A stretch of 64,000 nt of DNA. It comes from an uncultured Actinomycetes bacterium. GTDB taxonomy: Bacteria; Actinomycetota; Thermoleophilia; UBA2241. A program made the translations under genes and the position numbers. The stretch covers positions 32,001 through 96,000 of the forward strand of contig CAVYCN010000008.1 in the NCBI GenBank assembly GCA_963767005.1. Reading direction: 5' to 3'. Of the stretch, positions 38,913 to 48,346 are shown in pieces. The stretch's first letter is position 1; every line of letters begins with the position of its first letter. Below the pieces are notes generated by a model, which saw nothing but the letters and a program-made list of their open reading frames with translations, was not told the origin of the DNA and did not search any database.

Positions 38913-40340
38913 CTAGTCGTAGAAGGCGGGCTGGACCTCGACGCCGTACTGCATCACGCGGTCGCGTCCGTCGGCCTTGGCCTGGTAGAGCGCCTGATCG
39001 GCAAGCTCGAAGAGCTCGGCCACCGTGGTCGCGTCGCGCGGGCACGTGGCCACGCCCATGCTGATCGTGATGTTCACGTCGCTCGGCAGGCCCAGGCCCG
39101 TGTAGCGCGTGCCGGCCAGGGTGCGGCGCAGGCGGTTTGCCATGAAGCTCGCGTTGTCGCCCGGCGTGTTGGGCAGCAGCATGCCGAACTCCTCGCCGCC
39201 GTGCCGCGAGCAGATGTCGGACTTGCGCACGTGCTGGCGCATGACGCCCGCCACCACCTGCAGCACGCGGTCGCCGGTGGCGTGGCCGTAAGCGTCGTTG
39301 AAGTGCTTGAAGTGGTCGATGTCGAGCATGACGAGCGACAGCGGCTGCTGGTTGCGTAGGCTGCGGGCGAGCTCCTCTTCGGCGCGGTTCATGAAGAAGC
39401 GCCGGTTGTAGAGGCGCGTGAGGTGGTCGGTCACCACCTGGCGACGGATGCTGTCGTACTTGCGCGCGTTCGACAGGGCGGCGTGCACGTGGCCCTGCAG
39501 CGTGGTGAGCACGTTGGTCGCGATCTGGTCGAAGTGCTCGCTCGTGGTCGACGTGGCAAGCAGCGCCATCTCGCCCATGGGATCGACGTCGAAGGGCACG
39601 ATGAGCTGGCTCTTCATGGTCTGGGGGAAGAGCGTGCAGGTATGGTCGGCCGAGCGCACGACCGTGCGCTCGTCGATCGCGTGGCGCACCGGGCAGTCGC
39701 TCGTGAACAGGCAGCAGTCCGCGTCGACCGACGGCGCCTGCACGCCGAGGGCGCCCTCGACGTCGAAGGCGCGCGTGTTGGGCTCGAGGGAGATGAGCGC
39801 CACGAAGTCGGCGTGCAGGAAGGTCTTGGCCCGCGCCAGGGTGCGCTCGACCGTCTCGCGGTAGGGCAGGGCGGCGTTGATCTCCTGGCCGATGTCGCCG
39901 ACCTCGACGAGCTGGCGGTTGAAGGTCTGCAGGCGGATGAGGTCGCTCTCGGCGCGCTCGGTGCGCACCTCGTGCGTCTGCACCTCGGTGAAGGTGCGGA
40001 TGATGGTGTTGATGAGGTGGTCGAGCTCGGCGATCTGGTCGCGGTGGCGCGGGTCGGCGTTCTCGTAGCGGGCGCCGAGGCGCCGCCGCGAGCGGCGGAT
40101 CAGCGAGGACAGCGGCCGGTACACCCAGATGTCGAGCACGATGATGACGAGGGCGAACGTGCCGGAGAGCGCGAGGGCGAGCTCGACGAGGTGGTTGCGG
40201 TCGAGCATGCGCGAGAACACGGCGATCACGACCAGGAAGATCACGACGATCATGCCGGTCGTCTTGACCTCGATGCTCACACGAGAGCGGTGTTCGTGCG
40301 GATCGCTCGTGGAGTCTCCTTCGCGGTGTGCGGGCTGCAC
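38913..40340 (-). CDS. Membrane-anchored GAF-GGDEF diguanylate cyclase
   Basis: 2 TM helices, GAF region, DHLTRLYNRR, RKSD I-site, GGEEF active site. Confidence 0.9.
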   Translation of the reverse strand: MQPAHREGDSTSDPHEHRSRVSIEVKTTGMIVVIFLVVIAVFSRMLDRNHLVELALALSGTFALVIIVLDIWVYRPLSSLIRRSRRRLGARYENADPRHRDQIAELDHLINTIIRTFTEVQTHEVRTERAESDLIRLQTFNRQLVEVGDIGQEINAALPYRETVERTLARAKTFLHADFVALISLEPNTRAFDVEGALGVQAPSVDADCCLFTSDCPVRHAIDERTVVRSADHTCTLFPQTMKSQLIVPFDVDPMGEMALLATSTTSEHFDQIATNVLTTLQGHVHAALSNARKYDSIRRQVVTDHLTRLYNRRFFMNRAEEELARSLRNQQPLSLVMLDIDHFKHFNDAYGHATGDRVLQVVAGVMRQHVRKSDICSRHGGEEFGMLLPNTPGDNASFMANRLRRTLAGTRYTGLGLPSDVNITISMGVATCPRDATTVAELFELADQALYQAKADGRDRVMQYGVEVQPAFYD

Positions 40341-40390
40341 GCTTCGAGGCGTGTCGCCGGTCCGGCGCGGCCGCCCGGTTTTCCGTCTTC

Positions 40391-40418
40391 TTATCGGCAG
40401 TTCACGGACGAGGATGAG
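40391..40418 (-). promoter_or_regulatory. Putative sigma28/WhiG-type promoter (CTCA-N16-GCCGATAA)
   Basis: Exact GCCGATAA on the minus strand about 50 bp upstream of the diguanylate cyclase. Confidence 0.45.
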
Positions 40419-40575
40419 CGGGTCGCGGCGACGGGCGCGCCGGCGCCGGGACGAGCGGGTCGCGGCGTCGCCGGCGCGGGTGCCGAGGCCGGGGTGAGGC
40501 GGTCGCGGCGGCGCTCGCGCCGGCGCCGGAGGGTACGGGATGGGCGGGCCGCGGCCGGGGCCGCGGCCGGGGGGC

Positions 40576-40938
40576 TCAGAGGTAACCTTCGATGACCGAC
40601 AGCACCTGGGCGATGCGGAACGGCTTGGTGATGTAGCCGTCGATGCCCACGTCGGTCGCGCGCTCCATGTCGGTGGCCATGGCCTTGGCCGACAGGCCGA
40701 CGATCGGGATGTCGCGCGTGGTGTCGTTTGCCTTGAGCTCGGTGATGGCCTCGTAGCCGCTCATCACCGGCATCATCATGTCGAGGATGATGAGGTCGGG
40801 ATGGTGGTCGCGCGCCAGGTCGACGGCCTCGCGGCCGTTGGCGGCTTTGAAGACGTCGTAGCCCTGGGCCTCGAGCGACATCGCGACGATGCTCAGGATA
40901 TCGGGGTCGTCATCCGCGACGACGATCGACTTGGCCAT
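40576..40938 (-). CDS. Single-domain response regulator (REC)
   Basis: VADDD, LDMMMPVMSG, LSAKA, YITKPF. Confidence 0.92.
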   Translation of the reverse strand: MAKSIVVADDDPDILSIVAMSLEAQGYDVFKAANGREAVDLARDHHPDLIILDMMMPVMSGYEAITELKANDTTRDIPIVGLSAKAMATDMERATDVGIDGYITKPFRIAQVLSVIEGYL

Positions 40939-40954
40939 GGCTGTCCCCACCGTC

Positions 40955-42772
40955 CTAGCTGATCTTGCCGGCGGCCAGATGGTCGGCCGGCTCGTGTGAT
41001 ATCGGCACCGTGAAGATGAAACTGGAGCCCTTGCCGAGCTTGCTCTGCACGCGGATCTGGCCGCCGTGGAGCTCGACCAGCTCCTTGGTGATGGCGAGGC
41101 CGAGACCCGTGCCGCCCTGCGAGCGGCTGGCCGACGAGTCGACCTGCGTGAAGCGCTGGAAGATACGATCGATGTCCTCCTGGCCGATGCCGATGCCGGT
41201 GTCGGTCACCCAGATCTCGACGAAGCCGTCGTGCGTGCGCGCCTCGACGCTCACGTTGCCGTTCTCGTGCGTGTACTTGATGGCGTTCGTCAACAGGTTG
41301 AGCAGCACCTGGTTGAACTTGGCCGGGTCGGCGTGGATCGGCGGCACGTCGGTCGGCAGGTAGGTCGACACCTTGATGCGCTTCTCGCCGGCGCGCGGCT
41401 TGACCACCGGCAGCACGCTGAGCAGCGCCGAACGCAGGTCGACGGCCTCGAGGTTGAGCTCGAGGCGGCCGGCCTCGATCTTGGTCAGGTCGAGCACGTC
41501 GTTGATCAGGTTGAGCAGCGACTCGCCGTTCTTGAGGATGCTGTCGATGAAGTTGATCTGGCGCTCGTTCAGCTCGCCGGTGACGCCCGACAGCAGCATG
41601 TCGCTGTAGCCGATCACCGAGGTGAGCGGCGTGCGCAGCTCGTGGCTCATGGTCGCCATGAAATCGCTCTTCAACTGGTCGAGGTGCGTGAGCTCGTCGT
41701 TCTTCTTGGCGAGCTCCTCGTTGTACTGGATGTTGCGCAGGGCCACCGAGAGCTGGCTGCTGAGCGAGGCGAGCGCCTTGAGCTTGGTCTCGCGTACCAC
41801 CTCGCCCGGCCGGGTCATGAAGCACAGCAGGCCGAGGCGCAGGTCCTTGGCGCGCAGCGGCACGAGCACGAGGTCGCGGAAGCCCTCCTTCTCGATGAGC
41901 TTGAGGATGTGGGCCGACTGGGTGCCGTCGTCGACGGTCGCGACGTGGGGCGCGCCGGCGGAGTAGACGCGGGTGAGGCCGACGCCCTTGAGGCGGTCGA
42001 TGAGCTCGGTCGTGACCGCCCCCCGGAGGGCCGCCAGGCGGTCGTCGCCGGTGCCGTCGTTGTGCAGCAGCACGTAGCCGGTCTCGACCCGCATGAGCCC
42101 GCACAGCTTGTCGAGTGCGTCGGGCATGAGGCTCTCGACGTCGTGGTGGCGCATGAACACCTGGCTCGTCTCTTCGATCGAGCGGAGCTGCTCGTTCACC
42201 GCCTTCATGCGGTCGAGCTGGCTCTCGGCGCGCACCTTGGCGTCGCGCAGCTCGGCGTTGGTCTTGGTCAGCGCCCGCGCGATGAAGCCGGTGAGCAGGG
42301 CGATCAGCAGAAAGCCGGTCACCCTGATGCCGACCGTCTGCGCCGACCAGTTCTCGGGCAGGATCGGCGGCTTGATCGTGGAGTCGTTCACGAAGGGCCC
42401 GAAGGCGGCGGCCTGCAGCGCCCAGATGCCGATGTAGAGGCCGCTCGAGACCGCGGCCGTGATGTACGCCGCCCAGGTGGGCAGGAGGAGGCTCGCCGAG
42501 ACGATCGGCCACAGGTAGAAGATCGCGACCGACGAGAGCACGCCGCCGGTGAAGACGACGGCGGCGGTGATCAGCACGGTGTCGACCACCACCATCGCGA
42601 CGCTCGCCCGGTGGTCGCGGCCCCTGCGGCTCAGGTACAGGAAGGGCACGTTGGCGACCACGAACACGACGATGATGGCGAGCAGCACCGGCGAGACCGA
42701 GCTCGCGTCGAGCAGCCGGAAGCCCATGCCCGCAACGAACAGCGCGACACCGAAGATGATGCGCGCCGTCAT
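40955..42772 (-). CDS. Membrane sensor histidine kinase (GAF-HisKA-HATPase)
   Basis: MSHELRTPL, NLLTNAIKYT, DTGIGI, GGTGLGL. Confidence 0.93.
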   Translation of the reverse strand: MTARIIFGVALFVAGMGFRLLDASSVSPVLLAIIVVFVVANVPFLYLSRRGRDHRASVAMVVVDTVLITAAVVFTGGVLSSVAIFYLWPIVSASLLLPTWAAYITAAVSSGLYIGIWALQAAAFGPFVNDSTIKPPILPENWSAQTVGIRVTGFLLIALLTGFIARALTKTNAELRDAKVRAESQLDRMKAVNEQLRSIEETSQVFMRHHDVESLMPDALDKLCGLMRVETGYVLLHNDGTGDDRLAALRGAVTTELIDRLKGVGLTRVYSAGAPHVATVDDGTQSAHILKLIEKEGFRDLVLVPLRAKDLRLGLLCFMTRPGEVVRETKLKALASLSSQLSVALRNIQYNEELAKKNDELTHLDQLKSDFMATMSHELRTPLTSVIGYSDMLLSGVTGELNERQINFIDSILKNGESLLNLINDVLDLTKIEAGRLELNLEAVDLRSALLSVLPVVKPRAGEKRIKVSTYLPTDVPPIHADPAKFNQVLLNLLTNAIKYTHENGNVSVEARTHDGFVEIWVTDTGIGIGQEDIDRIFQRFTQVDSSASRSQGGTGLGLAITKELVELHGGQIRVQSKLGKGSSFIFTVPISHEPADHLAAGKIS

Positions 42773-43047
42773 GACCTCTCTGAGCTGCCTGCCGGTGCTC
42801 GTCTGACCCGTCCCTTCGCCGTCGTTGTCTGACTCGCGTACATATGTCGACGAAAGCGGCCGATGGATTAGCGGCGCGGCTCGAACAAAAGCGCCCCGCG
42901 GATCGTTCCCGGGCACGAACGGCAGCGGATCGCGGATCGCCGCCTCCGCCGGCTGAAGGAAACCGGGCCGGAGCGCGGAAGCTCTACAATCCCGGGCGGG
43001 CCTTCGACCGGTCGGTCACGCCTGGGCGAAACGAGGACGTCCGTACC

Positions 43048-44436
43048 ATGTCTGTACCGCGCCTCATCCTGGCCGGGGTCGAACCGGGCCCCGCGCTCGA
43101 TCTCGTGGCCGGCGCGCTGCTCGCCGGCTGCGGCGAGCAGCGCGCCACGCGCGCCATCCTGCTGGGCTTCGACCTGCCGCTCTGGCGCCTGGTCTACGAC
43201 GTGGCCGCGCGGGCGCCGCGCGCCCTCGATCCGGCGCTGCACTCGGCGCCGGTGGCCGACGAGCTCTTCGACCAGTGGAGCGAGCACATGGACCTCGCTC
43301 TCGTCACCTGCGTGCGGCCGCTGCTCGACAACTGGGAGGGGGTGCACGGCTCACGTGGTGCCGACCTCGCCCGCCGTCTCGACGCGCCCATCGTGCTCGT
43401 GCTCGACGCGCGCGGCCGCGGCGCGAGCGCCGCGGCCGCGGTCTACGGCACGCGCGCCCTCGCCAAGCAGCTCGAGATCGGCGGCGTCGTGCTGGTAGGC
43501 GGCGAAGACTCGGCGGCCGGCCTCGAGCTGCAGGAGGCGCTGCGCCGCGACGTCGGCCTGCCGCTGCTGGGCCACGTCCCGCCGCAGCTCACCGAGCAGT
43601 TCCTGCGTCAGTACGCCGTGGCGAGCGGCGCCGTGCGCACCCTCGGCGGCGCCCGCGCCCCGGAGACGACGCTGGTGCAGCTCTGTCGCGAGGCCGCCAC
43701 CTACCTGCAGCTCGACGAGATCGCGGCGGTCGCGGCGCGGCGCGGCTTCCTGCCGGCGGCGCCGCGCCACCTGCTGCTGCCAGAGACCTCGGCCACCGAC
43801 CTCGTGGTGGCCGTCGCCTGGGGCCCGCCGCTGCAGCCGGTCATGCTCGAGAACGTCGATGTGCTGCAGGCCATGGGTGTCAACCTCGTGCCGCTGAACA
43901 TCGCTCGCGACCGCGAGCTGCCCGAGCCCTGCGACGGTCTGCTCTTCAGCGGCACGCTCGACGAGCAGACGATCGACGCGTTCTCAGACAACGCGCTACT
44001 GCGCCAGAGCCTGCGCACCGCGGCCGGCGACGGCCTGCCGGTGCTCGCTCTGGGCGGCGGCGCCCTGCTCATGCTGCAGCGCCTCGCCGACAGTCGCGGG
44101 CGCAGCCACGACCTGCTCGGCATCGTGCCGGCCGAGGCGGAGCTGCTCGAGTGGTACGACCGGCCGCGCTACGTGCACGCCGAGGCGACCCGGGCCAACC
44201 CCTACGACGCCGGCTCGGTCACGCTGCACGAGCTGTTCGACCTCGAGTTCCTCGTGCTCGAGCACGACGTGTTCGCCTACCAGGTCGCCATGCCCGACGG
44301 CAGCGGCCGCACCGAGGGCTTCGTCGTCGGCCGCTGCCTGGCGACGACCCTCTTTGCCAGCTTCGCCGCCTCGCCGGCCATGGCGGGCCGGTTCATCGCC
44401 GCGATGCGCGCGGCGCGCGGCACGTCACGCCCGTAG
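43048..44436 (+). CDS. Degenerate cobyrinate a,c-diamide synthase (CobB/CbiA)-like protein
   Basis: ADLARRLDAPIVLVLDARG, IGGVVL, GLPLLG and a GATase-like C-terminal half; P-loop and catalytic Cys absent. Confidence 0.7.
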   Translation: MSVPRLILAGVEPGPALDLVAGALLAGCGEQRATRAILLGFDLPLWRLVYDVAARAPRALDPALHSAPVADELFDQWSEHMDLALVTCVRPLLDNWEGVHGSRGADLARRLDAPIVLVLDARGRGASAAAAVYGTRALAKQLEIGGVVLVGGEDSAAGLELQEALRRDVGLPLLGHVPPQLTEQFLRQYAVASGAVRTLGGARAPETTLVQLCREAATYLQLDEIAAVAARRGFLPAAPRHLLLPETSATDLVVAVAWGPPLQPVMLENVDVLQAMGVNLVPLNIARDRELPEPCDGLLFSGTLDEQTIDAFSDNALLRQSLRTAAGDGLPVLALGGGALLMLQRLADSRGRSHDLLGIVPAEAELLEWYDRPRYVHAEATRANPYDAGSVTLHELFDLEFLVLEHDVFAYQVAMPDGSGRTEGFVVGRCLATTLFASFAASPAMAGRFIAAMRAARGTSRP

Positions 44437-44481
44437 GAGCGCCCGGCGGCCGCGCGCCGGCCCTGGTGTACACTTCCGCGC

Positions 44482-45582
44482 ATGAACGCACGCCGCCGCC
44501 TCGCCCCCGAGGTCTTCGCCCTTCCGGTCGAGCGCATGCGCGAGGGCTACTACAGCGACGCCTACTTCAACTTCTCCAAACGCGTGCTCGAGACACGCGA
44601 CGAGCATCCGCGCGTGCTCATGCAGGTGTTCCAGAAGTACGCCGGCGCCGTGCTGGGCGGCACCGACGAGGCCGTCGCCACGCTCAAGCTCTGCGCCGGT
44701 CGCCACGAGCTGCGCGGCGGGCGCCGGGTCTGGGTCGACGGCTGGGACAAGCTCGAGGTACGAGCGCTCTACGACGGCGACGAGGCCGCGCCGTGGGAGA
44801 CAGTGATGACCATCGAGGGCGACTACACGCTCTTCGCCCATCTCGAGACGGTCTATCTGGGCGTCCTCACGCGCCGCACGCTGATCTCGACCAACGTGCG
44901 GCGCGTGGTGCAGGCCGCCGGCGCCAAGCCCGTGCTCTTCTTTCCGGCCCGTTTCGACCACTACCGCGTGCAGGCCGGCGACGGCTGGGCGGCGCACGTC
45001 GCCGGCGCGATCGGCGTGTCGACCGACGAGCAGGCCTCGTGGTGGGGCGGCAAGGGCGGCGGCACCGTGCCGCACGGCCTGATCGCCGCCTACGGGGGCG
45101 ATACCGTGGCGGCGTCCGCCGCCTTCGCCGACGAGCTCTATCCCGACGTCAACGTGGTCGCCCTGGTCGACTTCGACAACGACTGCGTCGCGACGTCCCT
45201 CGCCTGTGCCCGCGCCCTTGGCGAGCGTCTGTGGGGCGTGCGGCTCGATACCTCCGAGACGATGGTCGATCGCTCGCTCTGGGAGTCCATGGGGCAGTTC
45301 CGCCCGACCGGGGTGAACCCGCAGCTCGTGCGCAACGTCCGCAGCGCCCTCGATGAGGAGGGCTTCGACCACGTGCGCATCGTGGTGAGCGGCGGCTTCG
45401 ACGCCGAGCGCATCCGCGAGTTCGAGCGCGACGGCGTGCCGGCCGACGCCTACGGCGTGGGCTCGAGCCTGCTGCGTGGCAGGATCGACTTCACCGCCGA
45501 CGTGGTCGAGGTCGACGGCCGACCCTGCGCCAAGCGGGGGCGCATCGAACGCCCGAACCCGCGGCTCGAGCTTGTGGAGTGA
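44482..45582 (+). CDS. Nicotinate phosphoribosyltransferase-like (NAPRTase/QPRTase family)
   Basis: GYYSDAYF, GTVPHGLI, LVDFDND, GVRLDT, IVVSGG, YGVGS. Confidence 0.8.
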   Translation: MNARRRLAPEVFALPVERMREGYYSDAYFNFSKRVLETRDEHPRVLMQVFQKYAGAVLGGTDEAVATLKLCAGRHELRGGRRVWVDGWDKLEVRALYDGDEAAPWETVMTIEGDYTLFAHLETVYLGVLTRRTLISTNVRRVVQAAGAKPVLFFPARFDHYRVQAGDGWAAHVAGAIGVSTDEQASWWGGKGGGTVPHGLIAAYGGDTVAASAAFADELYPDVNVVALVDFDNDCVATSLACARALGERLWGVRLDTSETMVDRSLWESMGQFRPTGVNPQLVRNVRSALDEEGFDHVRIVVSGGFDAERIREFERDGVPADAYGVGSSLLRGRIDFTADVVEVDGRPCAKRGRIERPNPRLELVE

Positions 45583-46133
45583 ACTCGCCCGCGAGCCGCG
45601 GCCGCAAGGTGATCCTCGTCGTCGACGTCGTGAACGGCTTCTGCAAGGCCGGCAGCCTGGCCAGCCCCCGCCTGGCCGCGCTCGTGCCGCGACTGCGCGC
45701 CCACCTCGAGGCCGAGACGGCGGCCGGCGCCGTCCTGGTCTTCTTGGCCGACAGCCACGCGCCCGACGACCCCGAGTTCCGGCTGTTCCCGCCGCACTGC
45801 GTCGCCGGCTCCGGCGAGGACGATGTGGTCGCCGAGCTCCGCGAGTTCGTCGAGCGCGGTCACGTGGTGCGCAAGCGGCGCTACAGCGGCTTCTCGGGCA
45901 CCCGTCTCGACGAGCTGCTGGCCGGTCTGGCTCCCGCCGTCGTCGAGGTCGTCGGCGTGTGCACCGACATCTGCGTGCTGCACACGGTCGCCGGCCTGCG
46001 CGACCGCGACTACCGGGTGGTGGTGCGGCGTGACCTGGTCGAGACCTACGACGCGCCCGGGCACCCGGCCGACGAGGTCAACGCCTTCGCCCTGGCCCAC
46101 CTGCGCGACGTGCTCGGAGCCGAGGTCGTCTAG
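45579..46133 (+). CDS. Cysteine hydrolase / nicotinamidase-like (isochorismatase family)
   Basis: VVDVVNGF, DSH, FPPHC, KRRYSGF, GVCTDICV. Confidence 0.85.
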   Translation: MNSPASRGRKVILVVDVVNGFCKAGSLASPRLAALVPRLRAHLEAETAAGAVLVFLADSHAPDDPEFRLFPPHCVAGSGEDDVVAELREFVERGHVVRKRRYSGFSGTRLDELLAGLAPAVVEVVGVCTDICVLHTVAGLRDRDYRVVVRRDLVETYDAPGHPADEVNAFALAHLRDVLGAEVV

Positions 46134-46233
46134 CCGGCGCCGCGCCGGTCGTCGCGGCGCTCGAGATCGGGGTCGGACTCGCTTCGGGGAGGGGGCTGTC
46201 TGCTGCGGGCGTGGCGCCGGACGGCCGGCGCGG

Positions 46234-46845
46234 TCAGCCGCCGCCCGAGCCGGCGTGCGAGCCGGTCCCGCTGCCGTCCATCAGGTCGACGAAGCTGCGC
46301 GCCGTGCGCCCGATGCCCGACGTCGGGTCGATCGCCGCGGCCTTGCGCCACTCGTCGCGCGCCAGGTCGGCGCGCTGCTGGGAGAAGTAGAGGATGGCGA
46401 GGTTGTAGTGGGCGAGCTGACTGTGCGGGTCGGCCGCGAGCACGCCGGTGAGGAGCTGCAGCGCCTGGTCGTCGCGGCCCGTCGCGTGCAGCGCCATGGC
46501 GAGCTGCGCCTTGGCGGTCTGGTCGTCGGGGTCGGCGACGAGGACCTTCGTATAGAGCGCCTCGGCCTTGCGCGGCTGCTCGGTCATGAGATAGGCGTCG
46601 GCCAGGGCCATCGCGTTCCGGGTGCTCGAGGGATGCTTCGAGTAGCGCGCCGCGAGCAGCTTGACCATGGCGGCGTAGTCGGTGTCGCTCGCGCTCGGCG
46701 AGGGGACGTTGGTCGGCAGCGTAGCGGCGCTCGCTTCGGTGGTCGCGGCGGCGGTCTTGCCCGGCGACCGCGAGCCCGCCAGGACGATGAGGCTGGCGAC
46801 CAGGATGGCGACCACGATACCGGCGACGGCGTATCGTTTCCGCAA
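46234..46845 (-). CDS. Exported tetratricopeptide repeat protein
   Basis: N-terminal TM/signal helix, TPR-like AHYNLAILY...WRKAAAIDP. Confidence 0.7.
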   Translation of the reverse strand: MRKRYAVAGIVVAILVASLIVLAGSRSPGKTAAATTEASAATLPTNVPSPSASDTDYAAMVKLLAARYSKHPSSTRNAMALADAYLMTEQPRKAEALYTKVLVADPDDQTAKAQLAMALHATGRDDQALQLLTGVLAADPHSQLAHYNLAILYFSQQRADLARDEWRKAAAIDPTSGIGRTARSFVDLMDGSGTGSHAGSGGG

Positions 46846-47007
46846 CGCGAAGAGTCCTTTCGTGACGGGCGAGACGGCCGAGTAGGGACACCTGCCGTGT
46901 CATCATTATGCGGCGGCCCCGCGGCCCTCTGGACCCCTATCGGACCGCCTGTAACAGTCCTTAACCCCCACTTAACAAAGACACGGGCCGGCCCAGCCCG
47001 CCCGTCC

Positions 47008-47021
47008 TCGTGCCGCTTGAC
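47008..47021 (+). repeat. Casposon target-site duplication, left copy (TCGTGCCGCTTGAC)
   Basis: 13/14 identical to 59331-59344 and directly abuts the TIR. Confidence 0.88.
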
Positions 47022-47073
47022 GGGATAGGAGATAGGGAGAAACGAAACGTCCCCGAAGTGTAACAGGCTGATT
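47022..47073 (+). repeat. Left terminal inverted repeat (52 bp)
   Basis: GGGATAGGAGATAGGGAGAAACGAAACGTCCCCGAAGTGTAACAGGCTGATT; 50/52 match to the reverse complement of 59279-59330. Confidence 0.95.
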
Positions 47074-47231
47074 TGTTCCGAATTCCGGCGACCCGTGCAC
47101 GGACTCGCTGCCGCTGTGCGCCAGCTCGCCTACCCGGGCAGAGGGTCGTCGGCCGGCTGCCCGAAGTCGTAGCTAGGGGGGTGCGGCGGTAGAGAGTTCA
47201 TGGGGTTGATGCGAAGCCGCTGCTGGTAGGT

Positions 47232-47248
47232 ACTCTGTGGTGCAGAGT
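47232..47248. promoter_or_regulatory. Palindromic operator ACTCTG-N5-CAGAGT overlapping a -10-like TACTCT
   Basis: Perfect 6-bp inverted repeat upstream of the membrane protein + wHTH pair. Confidence 0.45.
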
Positions 47249-47917
47249 TCTTTGCCAATAACGGAGGGAGTCACCACGTACCCCGACGGCCCGGACTTCG
47301 ATCTCCGCTCGCTAGAGCAACGCGCGTTTGGGCGGTCCGAAGAGGACGGCCTGACCGACGTCCTACAAGGGTTTCTGTTGCTCAGCATGGTGGTGGTGTC
47401 CCGAGGTGCCGTTTCTCACGGTACGACACAGGCTCTCCTGAGTGCCTATATGCTCATCGGGCCAATCACGATAGGCGCCCTTGCCTACCTGCATCAGAGG
47501 TTGCAGAGAACACGCGTCGGCACTGCGACTCGGCGGGTCAGCCAGCGTCGTCGTCAGAGACACTTCTACCTTGCGGTCGTGGGCGTCGGAGTCGTCGTCT
47601 TCCTCGTAGCGAATGTCATTGACGGCCGGAGGAGCGTCGGGCAGGTTGCGTTTCCGTTTGCGATTGCCATCGCCTGGGTGTCCTTCGAGTTTGGCACCGC
47701 CATCTTCAAGCGCGCCCCTCGATTCTTCGCCTATGGTCTGCTCATGAGCGTCGGCTGGGTGGCATTCCTGTCTACCGATAAGGACTGGCGTCTCGCGCTG
47801 CTGCTCGGCGCCCTTCCCGCAGCGGTCATGATCTGCGTCGGGCTTGTGTTGCTCGTGCGCTTCCTGCGCCGCTATCCACTGCCGCAGATTGGCGAGCTTC
47901 CCGATGGCCGCAGCTAG
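47237..47917 (+). CDS. Hypothetical multi-TM membrane protein (casposon cargo)
   Basis: EDGLTDVLQG, about 6 TM helices, C-terminal RFLRRYP; start uncertain. Confidence 0.65.
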   Translation: MVQSSLPITEGVTTYPDGPDFDLRSLEQRAFGRSEEDGLTDVLQGFLLLSMVVVSRGAVSHGTTQALLSAYMLIGPITIGALAYLHQRLQRTRVGTATRRVSQRRRQRHFYLAVVGVGVVVFLVANVIDGRRSVGQVAFPFAIAIAWVSFEFGTAIFKRAPRFFAYGLLMSVGWVAFLSTDKDWRLALLLGALPAAVMICVGLVLLVRFLRRYPLPQIGELPDGRS

Positions 47918-48227
47918 GTCGCATGAGGCAGGCTGGTTTGCCGCCCCTGATCGTCTCATCCACGAGCCGGCGCGTCTGACCATCATGGCCAACCTCTCTG
48001 TCGTCGAGAGCGCTGACGCCACCTGGCTTGTGCAGCAGACCGACCTGACCTGGGGCAACCTCTCGTCACATCTAGTGAAGCTGCGCGACGCCGGCTACGT
48101 CACGGTGGTCAAAGGCTACGCAGGCAACAAACCACAGACGACCCTTGCCCTGAGTGACAAGGGGCGAGCAGCTTTTCGCGAGTACCGGGAGCGCCTGACG
48201 AGAGCACTCGCGGACTTGCCCAACTGA
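47904..48227 (+). CDS. Winged-helix transcriptional regulator (HTH_34/ArsR-like)
   Basis: DRLIHEPARLTIMANL, LTWGNLSSHLVKLRDAGYV, GRAAFREY. Confidence 0.88.
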   Translation: MAAARSHEAGWFAAPDRLIHEPARLTIMANLSVVESADATWLVQQTDLTWGNLSSHLVKLRDAGYVTVVKGYAGNKPQTTLALSDKGRAAFREYRERLTRALADLPN

Positions 48228-48254
48228 GCGCGCTGGAACTGAGAGTGCCGGCTG

Positions 48255-48346
48255 CGGTCCGTAACTCCGGCGTGTACGCCACGCTGACTCCCTTCTTGGA
48301 CACCAGTGTCCACTTTCAGGGTGTCAACGAAAGCGGGTCAACTCCA
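48255..48346 (-). mobile_element. Probable IS3-family left-end remnant
   Basis: TGGAGTTGACCCGCTTTCGTTGACACC end, then an RBS and VAYTPELR (OrfA-like start); coincides with the abrupt MTase end. Confidence 0.45.

Noticed and set aside
42940-43030. Cobalamin riboswitch upstream of the cobB-like gene
   Set aside because: Only loose resemblance; no recognizable GCCACTG or B12-box core. TACAAT is more simply a -10 element
44482-46133. NAD salvage genes as casposon cargo or an anti-defence pathway
   Set aside because: They lie outside the TIR/TSD and have host-like composition
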